A stretch of DNA of 61,860 bases, filler included, from Asterionella formosa (Eukaryota): the NCBI GenBank assembly GCA_002256025.1. It is 6 parts of 6 records of this genome, joined end to end, with 100 filler letters (N's around TTAATTAATTAA, not from the genome) between each part and the next. Parts side by side here need not be neighbours in the genome. Positions count along the whole stretch, not along the records: positions 30,999 to 41,221 come from NKIB01009747.1; positions 41,322 to 51,541 come from NKIB01009748.1; 4 more parts are not named here. One strand, 5' to 3'. The notes under the pieces are model-generated. The model ran no database searches, was not told the origin of the DNA, and saw nothing but the letters and a program-made list of their open reading frames with translations. Positions 37,201 through 50,044 of this stretch are shown here, piece after piece (positions within the stretch are counted from its first letter, which is position 1; each line of letters begins with the position of its first letter). The position numbers and the translations under genes are program-made.

Positions 37201-38665
37201 ACCAAAGGTACTTATTCTCGACGAAGCGACGTCTGCCCTTGATACTGAATCAGAGGCTATTGTTCAAGAAGCACTAGACAAGTTGATGGCTTCCAGTGAA
37301 CATACTACCATCGTTATTGCTCACAGACTATCCACCATCCGTAATGTAGATCGCATTGCCTTTATTGCGGGCGGAAAGGTCCTCGAGTATGGCAGCCATG
37401 ACGTTTTGATGGCAAATTCTCACGGTCGATACAAACGTCTCGTTGACGCCCAGAGCAGAGGCGCTAACACTGAAAACCAATTTTTCAAGAAAAGAATGGA
37501 CGAAAAGTCGACAGAAGACGGAGATAACACAGAAAACCCCGATTTCGAGGCTGAACTCGAAGTGCTGGAACATAAGGCATTTAGTCTCGCACGAGCACGA
37601 GAGATGTCCAAACCTGATGTAACATTCATGTTATTTGGTGCCATTGGTGCTATCATGGCTGGTGGGGTGTTCCCAAGCTGGGGTGTTCTCTTTGCAGAAA
37701 CAATTCACCTTCTGTTTCGGCCAGTTAATGATTGCACTCCTGAATTTCTTGCTGCTAACAACGCCTTCGAAGGTTGTCAGGAATACTGGCAGTACATCGC
37801 CCACGACATGAGGCATCAATCATTCGAACTTGCTGGATACTGGCTTGTTGTTGCATTTGGCTCCATTTTTGGCAATATGCTTACAGTATGGGGGTTTGGA
37901 ATGGCTAGCGAACGTTTAAACAAGCGTGTTCGTGATTCTGCTTTTGCTGCACTCATCCGTCAGGAGGTTGGTTACTTTGACAAGCGAAGCGTCGGTTCCA
38001 TCACTAGTCAGTTGCAGGACGATGCGGCTCGTATTCACACCTTTTCTGGAGAGCCCATTCGAAGTTTTCTGATTGCCATAAGTGCCGTTATAACGGGTAT
38101 TGTGGTTAGCTTTATTTTCATGTGGCCGTTTGCTCTTGTTGCACTGGCATGCATTCCGTTTATGGGCTTTGCTACCTCTGTCAGAATGAAGACCATGCTT
38201 GGTGAAAACGACACTTCTGGCAACAGCAATCAAGACGAACTCAACAGTTCGGGTGGCATAGTTGTCGAGACCTTACTGAATGTCCGGACAGTGTCTGCGT
38301 TGACGCTCGAGAAGAGTCGCTTCCAGAACTATGAAGAAGCACTGAACAATGAAGAACCCAATTACATTCGTGACGGCTTTATTGCTGGATCTACTGGTGG
38401 TCTTTCCATGTTTATTCAACAGTGGGTCAATGCCCTTCAAATGTGGTGGGGTGGCTATGTTCTGTACAACTACCAAGGATTTTCATTTAATGACTTTCTC
38501 ATTTCCATGTTCGCCCTATTATTTTCACTCTTTGGCCTTGGATCTGCCTTTCAAGGTCTAACAGACAAAAATGATGCCATGGCTAGTGCTGGGAGAATAT
38601 TTTACTTGTTGGACAGGAAAAGTGAGATTGATCCTTTGAGTGAAGAGGGTAAGAAGTTGGACTGA
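34288..38665 (+). CDS. Full-size ABCB (MDR/P-glycoprotein-like) exporter with TMD-NBD-NBD-TMD domain order, 4 exons
   Basis: Introns at 34718..34836, 35227..35326 and 35924..36008. Two intact NBDs (GPSGGGKST, GQEP, SGGQKQR, LDEATSALD, IAHRLST) lie back to back between two ABC_membrane-type TMDs. Confidence 0.95.
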
Positions 38666-39760
38666 TGTTCTTGAGACACTTTCACATTTTGCCTCGAAAA
38701 TGTGAAAAGGTCTAGTCCTGTTTTTACAGGGGAATGAAAAGCTATTAAAGGGATAAACTTGTTTATTCCTATTTGTTGAATGGAATGCGATTCCCTATAG
38801 AGACCTATTCATTAAATCGCAAATTGCACAACAAATATTCTTTGTGGTTCCGGCACACTTATGATTGTAGTCATTACAAACTTACCAGTACTCTCTGGAG
38901 CGAACATTGAAATCTGAGTATACTACCTAGCTCGATATCATTTTGGAATGGATGGATTACCATACCGATGTTTATGGTTTTGTGACAATCCAATGTGATA
39001 CATTAGGAGTTGCTCTTGTTGCTGTGATGTTATCGGTCTTATTTTACGCTACTATTGAGTGTACAATTTAAAATCAGTAGGCTGTTAATGGGAAGTCAGC
39101 CCAATAATCATCATCCATCATTGGATAACCACGCACTGAATAAACCAGAAATTCAAATGATCGTACCGGTATGGTAGGTTCACCTCCAGCATGAGGATAC
39201 CGCTACGTATATAGGCCTTCTGTTCGTTCGAATAGCGAACAGGCGAAGAATAGAACATTGTGCTGACGACGGCACGACGACATCGAAAGCAGCTTTTGCT
39301 TTGTTCTTTGGTGAGCTAAACAAATATATATATGGTCGACACGCACATTAAATACACACTGGTTGTGGTAGTATCACATGTACGGGTACTTGTATCCTAC
39401 CGGTACCAGGTACCAGAAATATTAGGTTACCTGGTACCAGGTACGAGGTAGCATAAAGTTGTTCGAGGTACCTGGTACTGTATATCGGTATGTATGAGCG
39501 ATGGGGTGATAAATTCTTTTTGTTCTATCTTAAGAATCATAATGGAGTGTTAGTACTCCAAGTACTTGACATTGGTTTTACATTCTTCTGGGTACCTGGT
39601 AGGAGTACTAGGTCATGATTTTTGTTCTCATTGGCATTTTTTTCATACGACAGATCACAAAGTATTGTCTACCACTCCACATTTACAGTCGCTCAGACGG
39701 ATAAATACTTCCTCCAACATTACAACACAAGCTAGCCATTATCCGACAATACGTACATAT

Positions 39761-40246
39761 ATGATGTCAACATGGTCCACCTTGATCATCATGGCTCTCT
39801 CCTCCTTGATGGCCCCTACCACCCTTTCATTTCAGATTTCTCCTAAACATGAACGGCACTATTATTTCCCGTTCCAGATGGCAACTAATGATGATGATGA
39901 TGTTAATGTTGATAGTACCAATGACAGCCATATGCAGGATTTTGCCTGGCGCGCCGAAAAGATTCGATTGGAAGAAGCCAACACCAAGAGTTTCTTGAAA
40001 CGTAAGCCACGAAAGTTGCCATATTTAGATGCTCGTCGATGGGTGCAAACCAATTTAGGTGCAAGTACCAAAGAAGAGTTTTATGATTTGGTGGCCAATG
40101 GGAATGTTCGATCGCCATATTTATCCAAACGACCTGATGAATACTATACACAAACAGGAGATTGGAAAGGCTGGGATCATTTCTTGACAGGATTCTTTGA
40201 AGAAGCCGCAACTGGGTTGTCGCCTCTGACTGGGTCCTTTGATTGA
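39761..40246 (+). CDS. Small putatively plastid-targeted protein with one integrase-repeat-like unit
   Basis: Signal peptide ending TLS-F (diatom bipartite presequence pattern). C-terminal LPYLDARRWVQ..LG..TKEEF...P..PDEYY...GDWKGWDHFL. Confidence 0.65.
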   Translation: MMSTWSTLIIMALSSLMAPTTLSFQISPKHERHYYFPFQMATNDDDDVNVDSTNDSHMQDFAWRAEKIRLEEANTKSFLKRKPRKLPYLDARRWVQTNLGASTKEEFYDLVANGNVRSPYLSKRPDEYYTQTGDWKGWDHFLTGFFEEAATGLSPLTGSFD

Positions 40247-40515
40247 AAGGCTTTTACATGGATAATGTACATAGTATGGTGGATCCAGTATATACGAAAT
40301 TTAGACGTGGATGGTGTTTCCATTCTTTAGCAGTGAAAAACGAGACTTTTATTTTATCATGTCATGGTTTAGGCACATGTACATGCATGCATGCCTATTG
40401 TGATATTGCCTTGGAGGCTACGACATACAGACACGCAAAGACAGACAATAGGATATTGTCCAGAATGTTTGCAGTTGCGTTTCTCATTCACACGTACAGG
40501 ACCATCCCCACTGCT

Positions 40516-41221
40516 CTATACACAAAGTCTAAACTCCAGCAAAAATGGCACTTTTGTGATTGTTGCAATCGTGTAGCCCAGAAGTAATCTGGTCGATAGT
40601 AACAGCATACACAATACTCCATACCATAGAGGGTGTGCAGTATCACAAAGAACCACATTGTGGAGTGCCGTCCACTGATACAATTTGCAAACCAACAGTC
40701 CCAGCCCTCGCACTGTTGACGAGTTTTCCCACACTAGAACCAAAATTGTGACAATGTACGTTGTCATGGGCAATAGCCAGGCTAAGTAGAGTCGGGTAGG
40801 GTCTTCGTGAAAAGGCAACACTAGAAAATGGATCCCAGCCCAGGTTATGCCAAAATGAATCATACTAAGTAGAACCAACCAGGACATGTCAATGTCCTGG
40901 CTACTACTGGTACTACAAGTTCTAGTTCCCTCCCAAAGAACGTAGCTCTCTAGCAACGACGTCGCCATCAAGATCTGAAAAGTCTTTTGGATGGTAAACT
41001 TGGATTTATGCAACGAGTCTTCATTCCATAGCAAATGACGCCATGCTTCCACTCGTAAGAGGACACAATCCAAGACAACGAGGAAGGAATCTCGTTCCAA
41101 GTACGAATCGACAAAGATGCAGCAATGGCTGCACTTGGTAAGTTGAATACTCGATAATGATGACGTCTGTTGTTGATAGAGTGAAGCGCAGGGGGTTGTG
41201 CAGTGAAGGCAGCGATAACAG
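40516..41221 (-). CDS. ARV1: ARV1-like ER sterol homeostasis protein, 5'-truncated at scaffold end
   Basis: YRCLHCTTPCASLYQ...IQLTKCSHC...VDSYLERD..LVVLDCVLLRVEAWRHLLWN (Arv1 homology domain), followed by transmembrane helices. Confidence 0.88.
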
Positions 41222-41321
41222 NNNNNNNNNNNNNNNNNNNNNNNNNNNNNNNNNNNNNNNNNNNNTTAATTAATTAANNNNNNNNNNNNNNNNNNNNNNN
41301 NNNNNNNNNNNNNNNNNNNNN

Positions 41322-41880
41322 GACAAAATATTGATTTTAAACAACCCCCCCCCCCCCCATCTCATCAAGAATGGAGATAGACGAGAGAAAGAAATCAGCA
41401 GTTGTCAGAGCAGGGGTGGAAAGGAATCAAGTGAATGGACAAGGGCCCGATGAAGATGATCAATAAAAGCATATCCCATCATAGTCATGCAGTGTGCACG
41501 CAAAGTTGTAAAAGGTAATGCCTTAGTGAAGTGATCAGCTAGATTGCAAGCCGATAAAACATGGTGAAAGGATACATGGGCATGACGGACATGTTCTTGG
41601 AGAGTCTGCGTTACATGTTCTTGGAGAGTCTGCGTTTTAGTTGCAATATGATGAACATTGCGAGTAAGTTTCCCTGCATGAGCAATAATTTGGGCAGCAA
41701 AATTATCTTCACCTATGGGGCGGGACTGGGGCATGGTATGGCAGAGACATATCTTCCATATAGATGCGGAGGAGCCATAAAAATGTTTAGACAATGTGGT
41801 AGCAGCATCTAATTCAGCCTCAGTTGTATTGTAAGCTGTAGTACTTTGTTTGCGACATAGAGTGATATTTGGTGCAGCGC
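41322..41880 (-). mobile_element. Ty1/Copia 3' fragment: RNase H, polypurine tract and start of the 3' LTR
   Basis: TTEAEL, EDNFAA, TRNVHHIATK and NLADHFTKAL. A G-run PPT (C-run at about 41346..41358 on the + strand) is followed by TGTT. A 24-bp tandem duplication gives TQTLQEHV twice. Confidence 0.8.
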
Positions 41881-42129
41881 CTGAAACCTGGTCTTAAATC
41901 CTCAGACGTACATCACCTGATGTGTGGTCAGAACGAATGAGATAGTACCAGCTAGTATTCTATATAATAATAATATCCATATCTATATCCATCCAACGTG
42001 TACGTATCTACCAGTTTATCATTCATGCTGTTCATCAACTGACAACATGATGCATGGTCACTCTCAGACGCGTTTCGTAAAATTGTACTGGTAATACCTG
42101 GGGAGAGATAACACATACACCTATAGGGT

Positions 42130-44030
42130 TAGAGTTAGTACATAGATAGCTTGGGAGAGATTATCTTCATAGACATTTGAAAAAGATCGAAAAGCTGAAC
42201 CTTTACCAATGTGTAGGTCTGTAGATGCTTCTTGAATGATCTGACAGAGAGGAATTAGGTCCTGACAACTGGCAGAAAGACCAGAGGAGGGGACATCCAG
42301 CAAGGGTTATGACATAGCCAGTTCGAGAGCGAGAACACACTAGATCAGTAGAGTCTTCTGAACCAAAGATCCCAACAAAGTCACTGTCACAATAACATTC
42401 AATGTCAAAGGCATCAGGAGAACGAGTAAAAATAATTCCTTGATCAAAACTGTCTTTAAGATACTGACAAAATTTCTTCACTGCTATTTCATCAGTAACA
42501 CTAGGACAATGAGAAAAGCGAGCACACTGATGAACAGCAAAAGCAATGTCAGGACAAGAATTAGATGCCAAGTAAAGTCGCATTCCCACCACAGACCGGT
42601 AGTTCCATGCTTCAGTTGTAGGCAGACCATCCTTATCTGTTCTTAGAGTCTCTTTATTGGCTGGAGTAGAGCTAGCCTGACAGTCTTTGAGGCCAGAAGC
42701 TTGCAGAACACGCTTAATCAGACCCTCTTGTGTAAGTTTAAGTGAACCGTTTCCAGTTAATTTGTTAATTTGGATGCCCAGAAAAGCAGCTAGATCTACC
42801 TCTTGAGTCAATTCTAGGTCAATAGCCAAATTTTCAATCATAGCATCAATCTTGGTCCTATCACGACCAATAAGAATCGAATCATCCTATACATATACCA
42901 GGTAGACCATGTCAGCGTGAATAATAAGGCATGGTTCTAACAATGATTGGCTGTGTGAAACCCCGTTGCTCGAGACATTCCGCCCTTCAATTTGAGGAAC
43001 CAAGTCCTATGTGCCTGTTTTGTTCCATACAATTATTAATTTAACCGAAGTACCATGATGTCTCATCTCCCCCTGGGATCACCAAAATCTTTGGGCATTT
43101 CAAGCAACATATACCTCTTCATCAATATCCGCTTGACAGAAGGCATTTCTAAAATCGATTTTATGAGTCTCAAGGTTTAACACAATTGACATCACCAGTA
43201 GAGCACAAACTGTGTACCATTGGACAACCGGAGCATATGTCTCAAAGAAATCCACTCCTTCAACTTGCAGATCTCTGTGTACACAAAACCGAGCCTTGCA
43301 TTTAAGTAAGCTACCATCTGGAAACAACTTACATTTAAAAGCCCAAATACCAGGTAAGATATTTTTACCCTAAACTGATTGAAGTGTCACTAAAGGCCAG
43401 GTTTTCTTTGATGTGAGAGCAACGATCTCAGTGACCATCTCAGCTTTAAAAGATTCATGATCGATGCTAGCCATGGCTTCATGGTATCTGGGATTATCTG
43501 GGTCATTGCGACATGCCATTGCAGCATAGACAAGTGGTCAATCCAAGAGACCTATTGTTGGATTTGTTATAACAGCAGCCAGGTAGGCCAAATCGGAGTC
43601 AAAGCCATGGGTGTCACTGTCTTCAACCAATTGCGAAAGAAAGCATGGTCAAGATGGCCTTCAGGGACATAACGAGTACCAAACACACCGAAGTTTGTCC
43701 TGGTACTACGGCGAGGTGTAGAAATTACATTTAGTTTCATACTAATAGTAGAAGTTGGGTGTACAGGTGGAGTTGGAGTTACCTGTAAATTTGAGGTAGA
43801 AATAATAGGCAGGTCATGGCCAGGAATTGCTGGTTCAGTAGAATGAGCAGCAGCCATAGGAACATCCTGGTCATCAACTGGTTGGATATAGGTAGTAGGG
43901 GGAGCGCTCTGAACAACCACAGAGCCAGAGGTACTAGATGTGGTACTAACAGCAGGCTCTTTATGGGCAGGTGAAGGAGCGCGCAGTAAGGGGGGGGGGG
44001 CAGAGGAAACTCCCTCTGATTTGTTGGCAA
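42130..44030 (-). mobile_element. Decayed Ty1/Copia (CoDi-like) pol: linker, RT and RNase H start
   Basis: DNPRYHEAM, KARFCVHRDLQVEGVDFFETYAPVVQW, DFRNAFCQA, FLGIQI, YRSVVG, PDIAFAVHQCARF, YCDSDF and SRTGYVI, with several frameshifts and stops. Confidence 0.92.
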
Positions 44031-44039
44031 TTCATCCTT

Positions 44040-45270
44040 AGGTACTGCTATGATATTCATACAAGGAAAGAATTTTGCTTGCATCTGGTTGTGATGTTGA
44101 AAATCATTTTGTTCACTGGAAGTTAACCAATCACCATGTAAGGAAACATGTTCATGTTCATCAAATTAAGTATGAAACCGGGATTTACACTCAAAGATCA
44201 GATGAATTTGAACAGATTCATAATACTTTAGAAAAAATAATGAAGTATGCCATTTCAATAGTGGCAGATTCCTTTAAATTGATTATTCAATACATTCTGA
44301 CTCACATTCTCTCAACTTTTTAATGCACATGCCACCAAAAGTTGATTTGATGTAATCTAAACGTGCCTTGTTGATACATTCAATGGTCTGATTCATCGGA
44401 AGTAGTGCATCAGAACCATTCCATATGAAATCGGCAAGCTCAGAATCACTCTCCACTTCTTTGCCTAATTCCGGTTTCAATGCTGTGTATAGCCGAGCTA
44501 GGCAAAATTGGGCAAACCAATCCTGTTTGTGATTGGAAATGTCTTTCATACTACTTGGACCAGATAGGGCGGGATGTTTGATTCTCTTTTGGGACAAGAA
44601 AAAGCACATTTGATTGATATTCTGCATGTTTTAAAGTACCTGCAAATCATGAACTATAACATCAAACTTACATGTTCACAGCAAAGCTTCTCGGTCTTGA
44701 AAATAAAACTCACAAGCTTTGTGACAATTGATGGTTCAATTTTAGCTAAACAGGAACGACGTTCTGATAAGGCTGCTGAATTTAGAAGAATCTTGATAAC
44801 CTTGTATGGACGATTTTTGAACCGAATTACAACCTTTGTAGTGATTGAGGTCATTGACCAATTGATAATATCATTTGCCCAGTGCAAAGTGTTTTTCCCT
44901 TAGTTTGTCATGTACTTGTTGGTCCATACAATTAGAAAGTTTATGGCATGGAACCATGTTGTCCATCTGCATCCGGGAGTTATTAATGGCATAATCTACA
45001 GGAGCCATTTTTTGTAGCAGCAACTGAAGAAGAAACGTCATCATCGCTTTCAGTATCAAGGAGGGGATCCTGTGTAGCTGATGGTGTCCCCATGGACGAT
45101 GGGGTAGTTCCCCCACTAACTCCCTGTCGCCAATTGGGTTCCTTTAAATAATTGCTGATTCGCTTTTTCTTTGCAAACTCATTTTGGTACTTGCTTCTTT
45201 GTTCCATACTGGCAGTATTTGCCACATGTCGCTTGTTTCCATGAACCTCTTTAGGGTTTTTTGAAGACAT
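44040..45270 (-). CDS. Hypothetical, probably spliced or decayed gene
   Basis: Chain of same-strand ORFs (44983..45270, 44871..45116, 44654..44887, 44283..44627) with no recognised domain. Confidence 0.35.
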
Positions 45271-47089
45271 TGTACTACTAGGTAACTGTTGTCGTTTTCA
45301 AAAGTTCGATGATCTTAAAATCAGGTGTTGCTATTTTACATGGAAATGAATCATCAGCCACTACATATTATATTTTACGCTGTCTAGATATGATACCATA
45401 AGACCAACAGTGCTATTTACATTATCATATACAAAATCACAACCGAGTTTGAGTAATAGCATATCTTGCTTTCAATTTTACAATCATACAATCGTGAAAC
45501 TTTGATGATTTACTGACCTGCTGCAGTAGCAACAGTCCTGAACATATGGTGTTCTGTTGCAGACTTACTACTCCGACTACCCCCAGTAAATCACTTCCTA
45601 CCTGCTACTGGTAATCTGTATACCGGTATATATGATAAAATCTTATGATCATATGATGTACAGATTAAGAACTCCCGCCAAAAAAGGGGCTTAAATAATT
45701 AGCTACCAAAACCCTTGCGTATAAATAATGATACAAATGGGTTGTGACTTCCGCCAATTGAATGATCTAAATAATTAGCTCAAACGTATGTATGAAATAT
45801 TGATACAAGCAAATTTCAGAAAAAGTACCGGTACACGAAGCCGTGGAAAATAATGGACATATCATGCATTGAATATTTTCGAATTTGTATATGCGAATAT
45901 GATCATCATGGGTTCTTGCAGATGTGCCATATTGTGAGTGCCTTTGAATTTTATAAATGTATGACACTTGATATATTTATAAATTTACAAATTTTATAAC
46001 TATATGCATGGCAAATATATTTGAAATCGTTCTGACATGTTAACAAACAATGCCTGCTCCATGAAAAGAAATGTTGTAGTAAGATTTTACACAATAAAGT
46101 TTATGCAATGACGAAAAATATTGTGGCTTCGACACATTGCGCCTTCGAAGGATGGAGTATGTTTAAGGTAATGAAGCCATCAATGTGGTACGTGGATGAC
46201 AACCGTTGGGAGGACAACAACAAAAGTAAACTAACTAAACGTTTCCTTTCTTCTCAATTGATTCAATAGCTCATTTCGCTTGTTGGGGAGCACCAATGTA
46301 AAACAAAACCAAATTGCTTAAGTGCTCTTGTCGCCCGTTGGACCTATTCATTTCTGTTGGAACAAAGCTGACAAAACGCTTACCTTCTCTCAAAGTCAAG
46401 CTGACAAAAATGAACCGGTAAGTTTTATTCGACAACATTGGATACCCGAAACTTACTTATTCAAGAATTTGGCTTACTGACAAGTTACTATTACAGACTT
46501 ATGCATCAGTTGCATTGATTTGTGGTAAGTAAAACAAGAGGATATGATGGAATTGCGTGTTCTTGTGTCAATGTAACATGACTAGCTAACAAATCATTCC
46601 TTCTCATTGTTACTGTAACTGCATGCATAGGAAAATAAAAACAAGCAAACAACGGAATAGTCGGCAAGTTCACAATGACACTTACAGCAGGGAAAGAGAC
46701 GCAGCATCAGTAAGGCACTGCCTCGCACACGATTCAGAAAAGAGGAAGAAATTGGCGAGACAGGAACAATATACATTGAGCCGAGTAGAGAGAGAAACGT
46801 TGGGTTGCTGGCATGTAGATTAATAGATAGCATTGCTTAATTTGATAGTTAAATTACGATCCATTTCAATCTATTTTGAACAATGCTTGTGATTAGAATT
46901 ATGATCATGTTTACGATAGATTTACAATGAAACAATTCACATGATAGCATAGAGTTTAGCTGGTTTTAGGATACATTGTAGTTATAATTTACATCGGGCG
47001 ATCACGAGAAGTGAATATAATATGAGAAGGTTTATGATACTATTGATGGGAAATGTTGTTGATCAGTTTATATACATTGTGTGATGATA

Positions 47090-48173
47090 GTTTTTACTAA
47101 ACGCAACATATAACTTTCCGGGGTACTTAACCTCTATTACTTATACTACTCTGGTACATGGCCGGCCTACAGCCGTTTCCGCAGTGCTGCTGCTGCTTCA
47201 ATCACCCTTGGCCATGGCGCTTTCCGCCCATGCTGCTCCTTACCCTCCTGCTCCTCCTGATATTTCTATAGCTGACACTGTCTCCTTCACTACTGTTCAT
47301 CTCCCATGGAAATCCTGTCTCGAATCCTCCAAGTCTACATTTGAATCTTCTGTCGAAACTGTAAAGCCCTGATTGGGTGTATAATTCCACTGTTATTGAA
47401 TCTCTTTTACCCTGTCTCGCCCAACTGCCCCTCCGACCACTACTCTCGACCCCCTTCACACATTCGCACTCACCGCTTCGGTCCACAACAACAAAAAGTG
47501 CTCGTTTCATCCCTATACTCCAAATGACATCTTCACCAACTCCCTTGCCACTACTTCTAGACCACTGTTAAACCTTGGCATCAACCGGCCACCCCAATGC
47601 AACAACATCAATCCTCTCAGCCCTAAACACCATTCCACCATTTGTGATCTTACCTTACTCTTCAGCCCTACATTTGATACTGGCAATTGATTGCCAGGGT
47701 TCACAATTCAAATTCAAATTCACCGAAATAGCAATACAGTTTGCTATATACTTGTTCCAGCGTCTCTCAAGACCCTTCTCTTGCTCTCTCCTTACCTATG
47801 TCTTCATCAGGATACCACTTTTATTGATTCGTCAAAATTTTGGACTCTCCTTTAAATGTTTCTTTCTTCCAAAATGGCCATGTAGTTTCAATATTTCTTT
47901 CTACTTCTTGATTGGCCTTCCTCTCTGCCCTCAGTTCTTCCCTATACTGGGTGGTCTACACACACTCTAAGAGCGAGCCATATGTGGTCTCCTGGACCTT
48001 GCTTGCCATCTCTAAGGTTGACCTTGTTTCCTAGTCTGCAACCCCTAAGAGTCCCTCAATGGACTCACCCTCACTTGTCATTCCTTTGGGGCCCATTTGG
48101 GCCCTAGTGCGACTCCACGAACTCCATTAGATTTAAGTTTCAATAAAAGCTTACTTTAAAATTTTCTTATTCC
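47090..48173. mobile_element. About 1.08-kb insertion flanked by an 18-bp direct repeat, possibly a truncated non-LTR element
   Basis: atacattgtgtgatgata (47072..47089) and atacagtgtgtgatgata (48174..48191) match at 17/18. The interior is C/T-skewed, with AATAAA near the right end. Confidence 0.45.
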
Positions 48174-48580
48174 ATACAGTGTGTGATGATAATGTTCTTA
48201 TAATCATTATACTTCAAGTTCAGTAAAATAGTTCAGAAAAATATTCATATATCATCGTAGTTACAGGATACCTTGATCATAGTTCTGATCCAAAAATTAT
48301 CATATATATGAAAATCCTGTGCCACTTACTAGCATACAATACCCTTGATCCTATATACATGATACTTTTTATTTGCAGATGTTTTAGCAAAGCAACCAAA
48401 CAAACAAAACTAAGTAATATAAGAGTAAATCGACTCATGTTTGCAACAATACTCAAAGATTGATTCATATATGAGTAAAGATTGATTCATGTTCATGACT
48501 AGACCCAAAAAGGTCATGAGTGGGCTGATTTTGGAGACACAAACAAAATTTGTTTGACTTGTTTGTTTCAACTTCAGGAA

Positions 48581-48950
48581 AGAACTCGACTACCCGGTAA
48601 TACCTATTGAATACTTTGGTGTCAAGCTAGGAGAACGAGTTGCACACAAGGATTAACTAATAAGCTCATATATTCAACAAATACTACTAGTACTTCTAGT
48701 TAGATACTTCAGCTGGTACCTGGTACTCCGAGTACCAGGTGAGCAATCTTGCACATCGATACAGATGTATATAGGGTTAGGGTTATATCAAATATATCAG
48801 AACTCAATAATGAGAGAACTCGACTAACACCTATTGTATACTTTGATGTCAACTTAGGAAACAAGTTGTACATCAGAATTAATTAATGAGCTCATATATT
48901 CAACAAATACGACTACTTCTAGTTAGATACTTCACCAGGTACCCTGGTAG
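48581..48950. repeat. Direct duplication of about 135 bp, period 234 bp
   Basis: agaactcgacta...gctcatatattcaacaaatac...tacttctagttagatacttca..ggtacc at 48581 and 48815. Confidence 0.85.
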
Positions 48951-49139
48951 TATCTAATCAGACGTATGTATAAAGGGATGATTACCATTGCCAATACTAT
49001 GAAGGGTGGTTACAGGAAATGAACGAATATGCGAAATATTTGGCAACTACTTCAACAGTCAATACTCATTCAAGGATTGTCTCAAGACCATTCCCAAGCA
49101 TGAGTTTTCAACCATAAAACAAGCTGGTGTTTGCTGAAT

Positions 49140-49410
49140 GTAATCATGTGATGCATCAACAAACCAAGCATGACTGGTGTCAATTTTCTAAGTCAAGATT
49201 GTCTTTATATTGTTGAAGGCAATCATGTGATGCATCAACAAACTAAGCGTGACAGGTGACAATTCAACTGAAGATCATCTTTATTTAGTTGAAGGCAACA
49301 ATATGGTCCATCAAGAGAAACCAAGCAGGACTGGTGTCAATTCTTTAAACAAACGATTGTCTTTGCATCCGTGAAGTCAATTGTGTGATGCATCAAGAAA
49401 ACAAAGGTGT
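49140..49410. repeat. Degenerate tandem repeat, unit about 79 bp, 3 to 4 copies
   Basis: tgtgatgcatcaa.aaac.aagc..gactggtgtcaatt...gattgtcttt...gttgaaggc recurs at about 49142, 49221, 49300 and 49380. Confidence 0.75.
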
Positions 49411-50044
49411 CAGCCGAAAATTTGTACACAATAATTTTACTATAAGTGGTGGTGGCAGGGCACATGCAATAATGATTGCCGCCAGCCGTGTATTCAATTG
49501 TGAAACAACGGTCAAACAGAAGGCCCTTCAAGCCTTTAATACTAACACTATACTATCACCACTATTCCATTTCAAGTTCCTCTTGCATGGAAATTCTACG
49601 CAGAGCGAATTATCATACTGACACCACTAACCCTGTTCATGTTTTGCTTGCATACTTGTTTTTTACAAATCCATGGGTTTACACCTTTAACCTTGCCAAT
49701 GCCCAACTAGATCAACTTGACATATGGCAGGCTCATCCACCAATGACTCCACATTTCAATATTAGAATGTCACAAGGCAAAGAGCAAGAAGGGACCTATG
49801 GCAGCAGCCACAATGAAGCAATGGTATGCTGAAGAATCTAGGAAAGTGAGATGAAAGGAGGCAAGGTGTAGTTGAAATCACTTTTGAATAATCAAGGGGA
49901 AATGAATGGATCACCAAAGGGCAAAGGCATTTTTGGAAACAAAAAGAAATAACTAAGGGAAAGATTGAATGAAGAATGGCAAGCGCACGCAAATTTCGTA
50001 ATGGTGCAGTAGTACCGGCTATGAAACAATGGAAGTGGCATTGA

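Noticed and set aside
38680..38707. 11-bp stem hairpin just after the ABCB stop codon
   Set aside because: AT-rich single occurrence. Intrinsic terminators do not apply to Pol II genes, so it may be chance.
41882..42115. Possible solo LTR between the two Copia fragments
   Set aside because: TG...CA ends can be drawn, but no matching TSD or second copy is visible.
49140..49410. CRISPR-like array
   Set aside because: Whole units are homologous, with no unique spacers and no cas genes, in a eukaryotic context.
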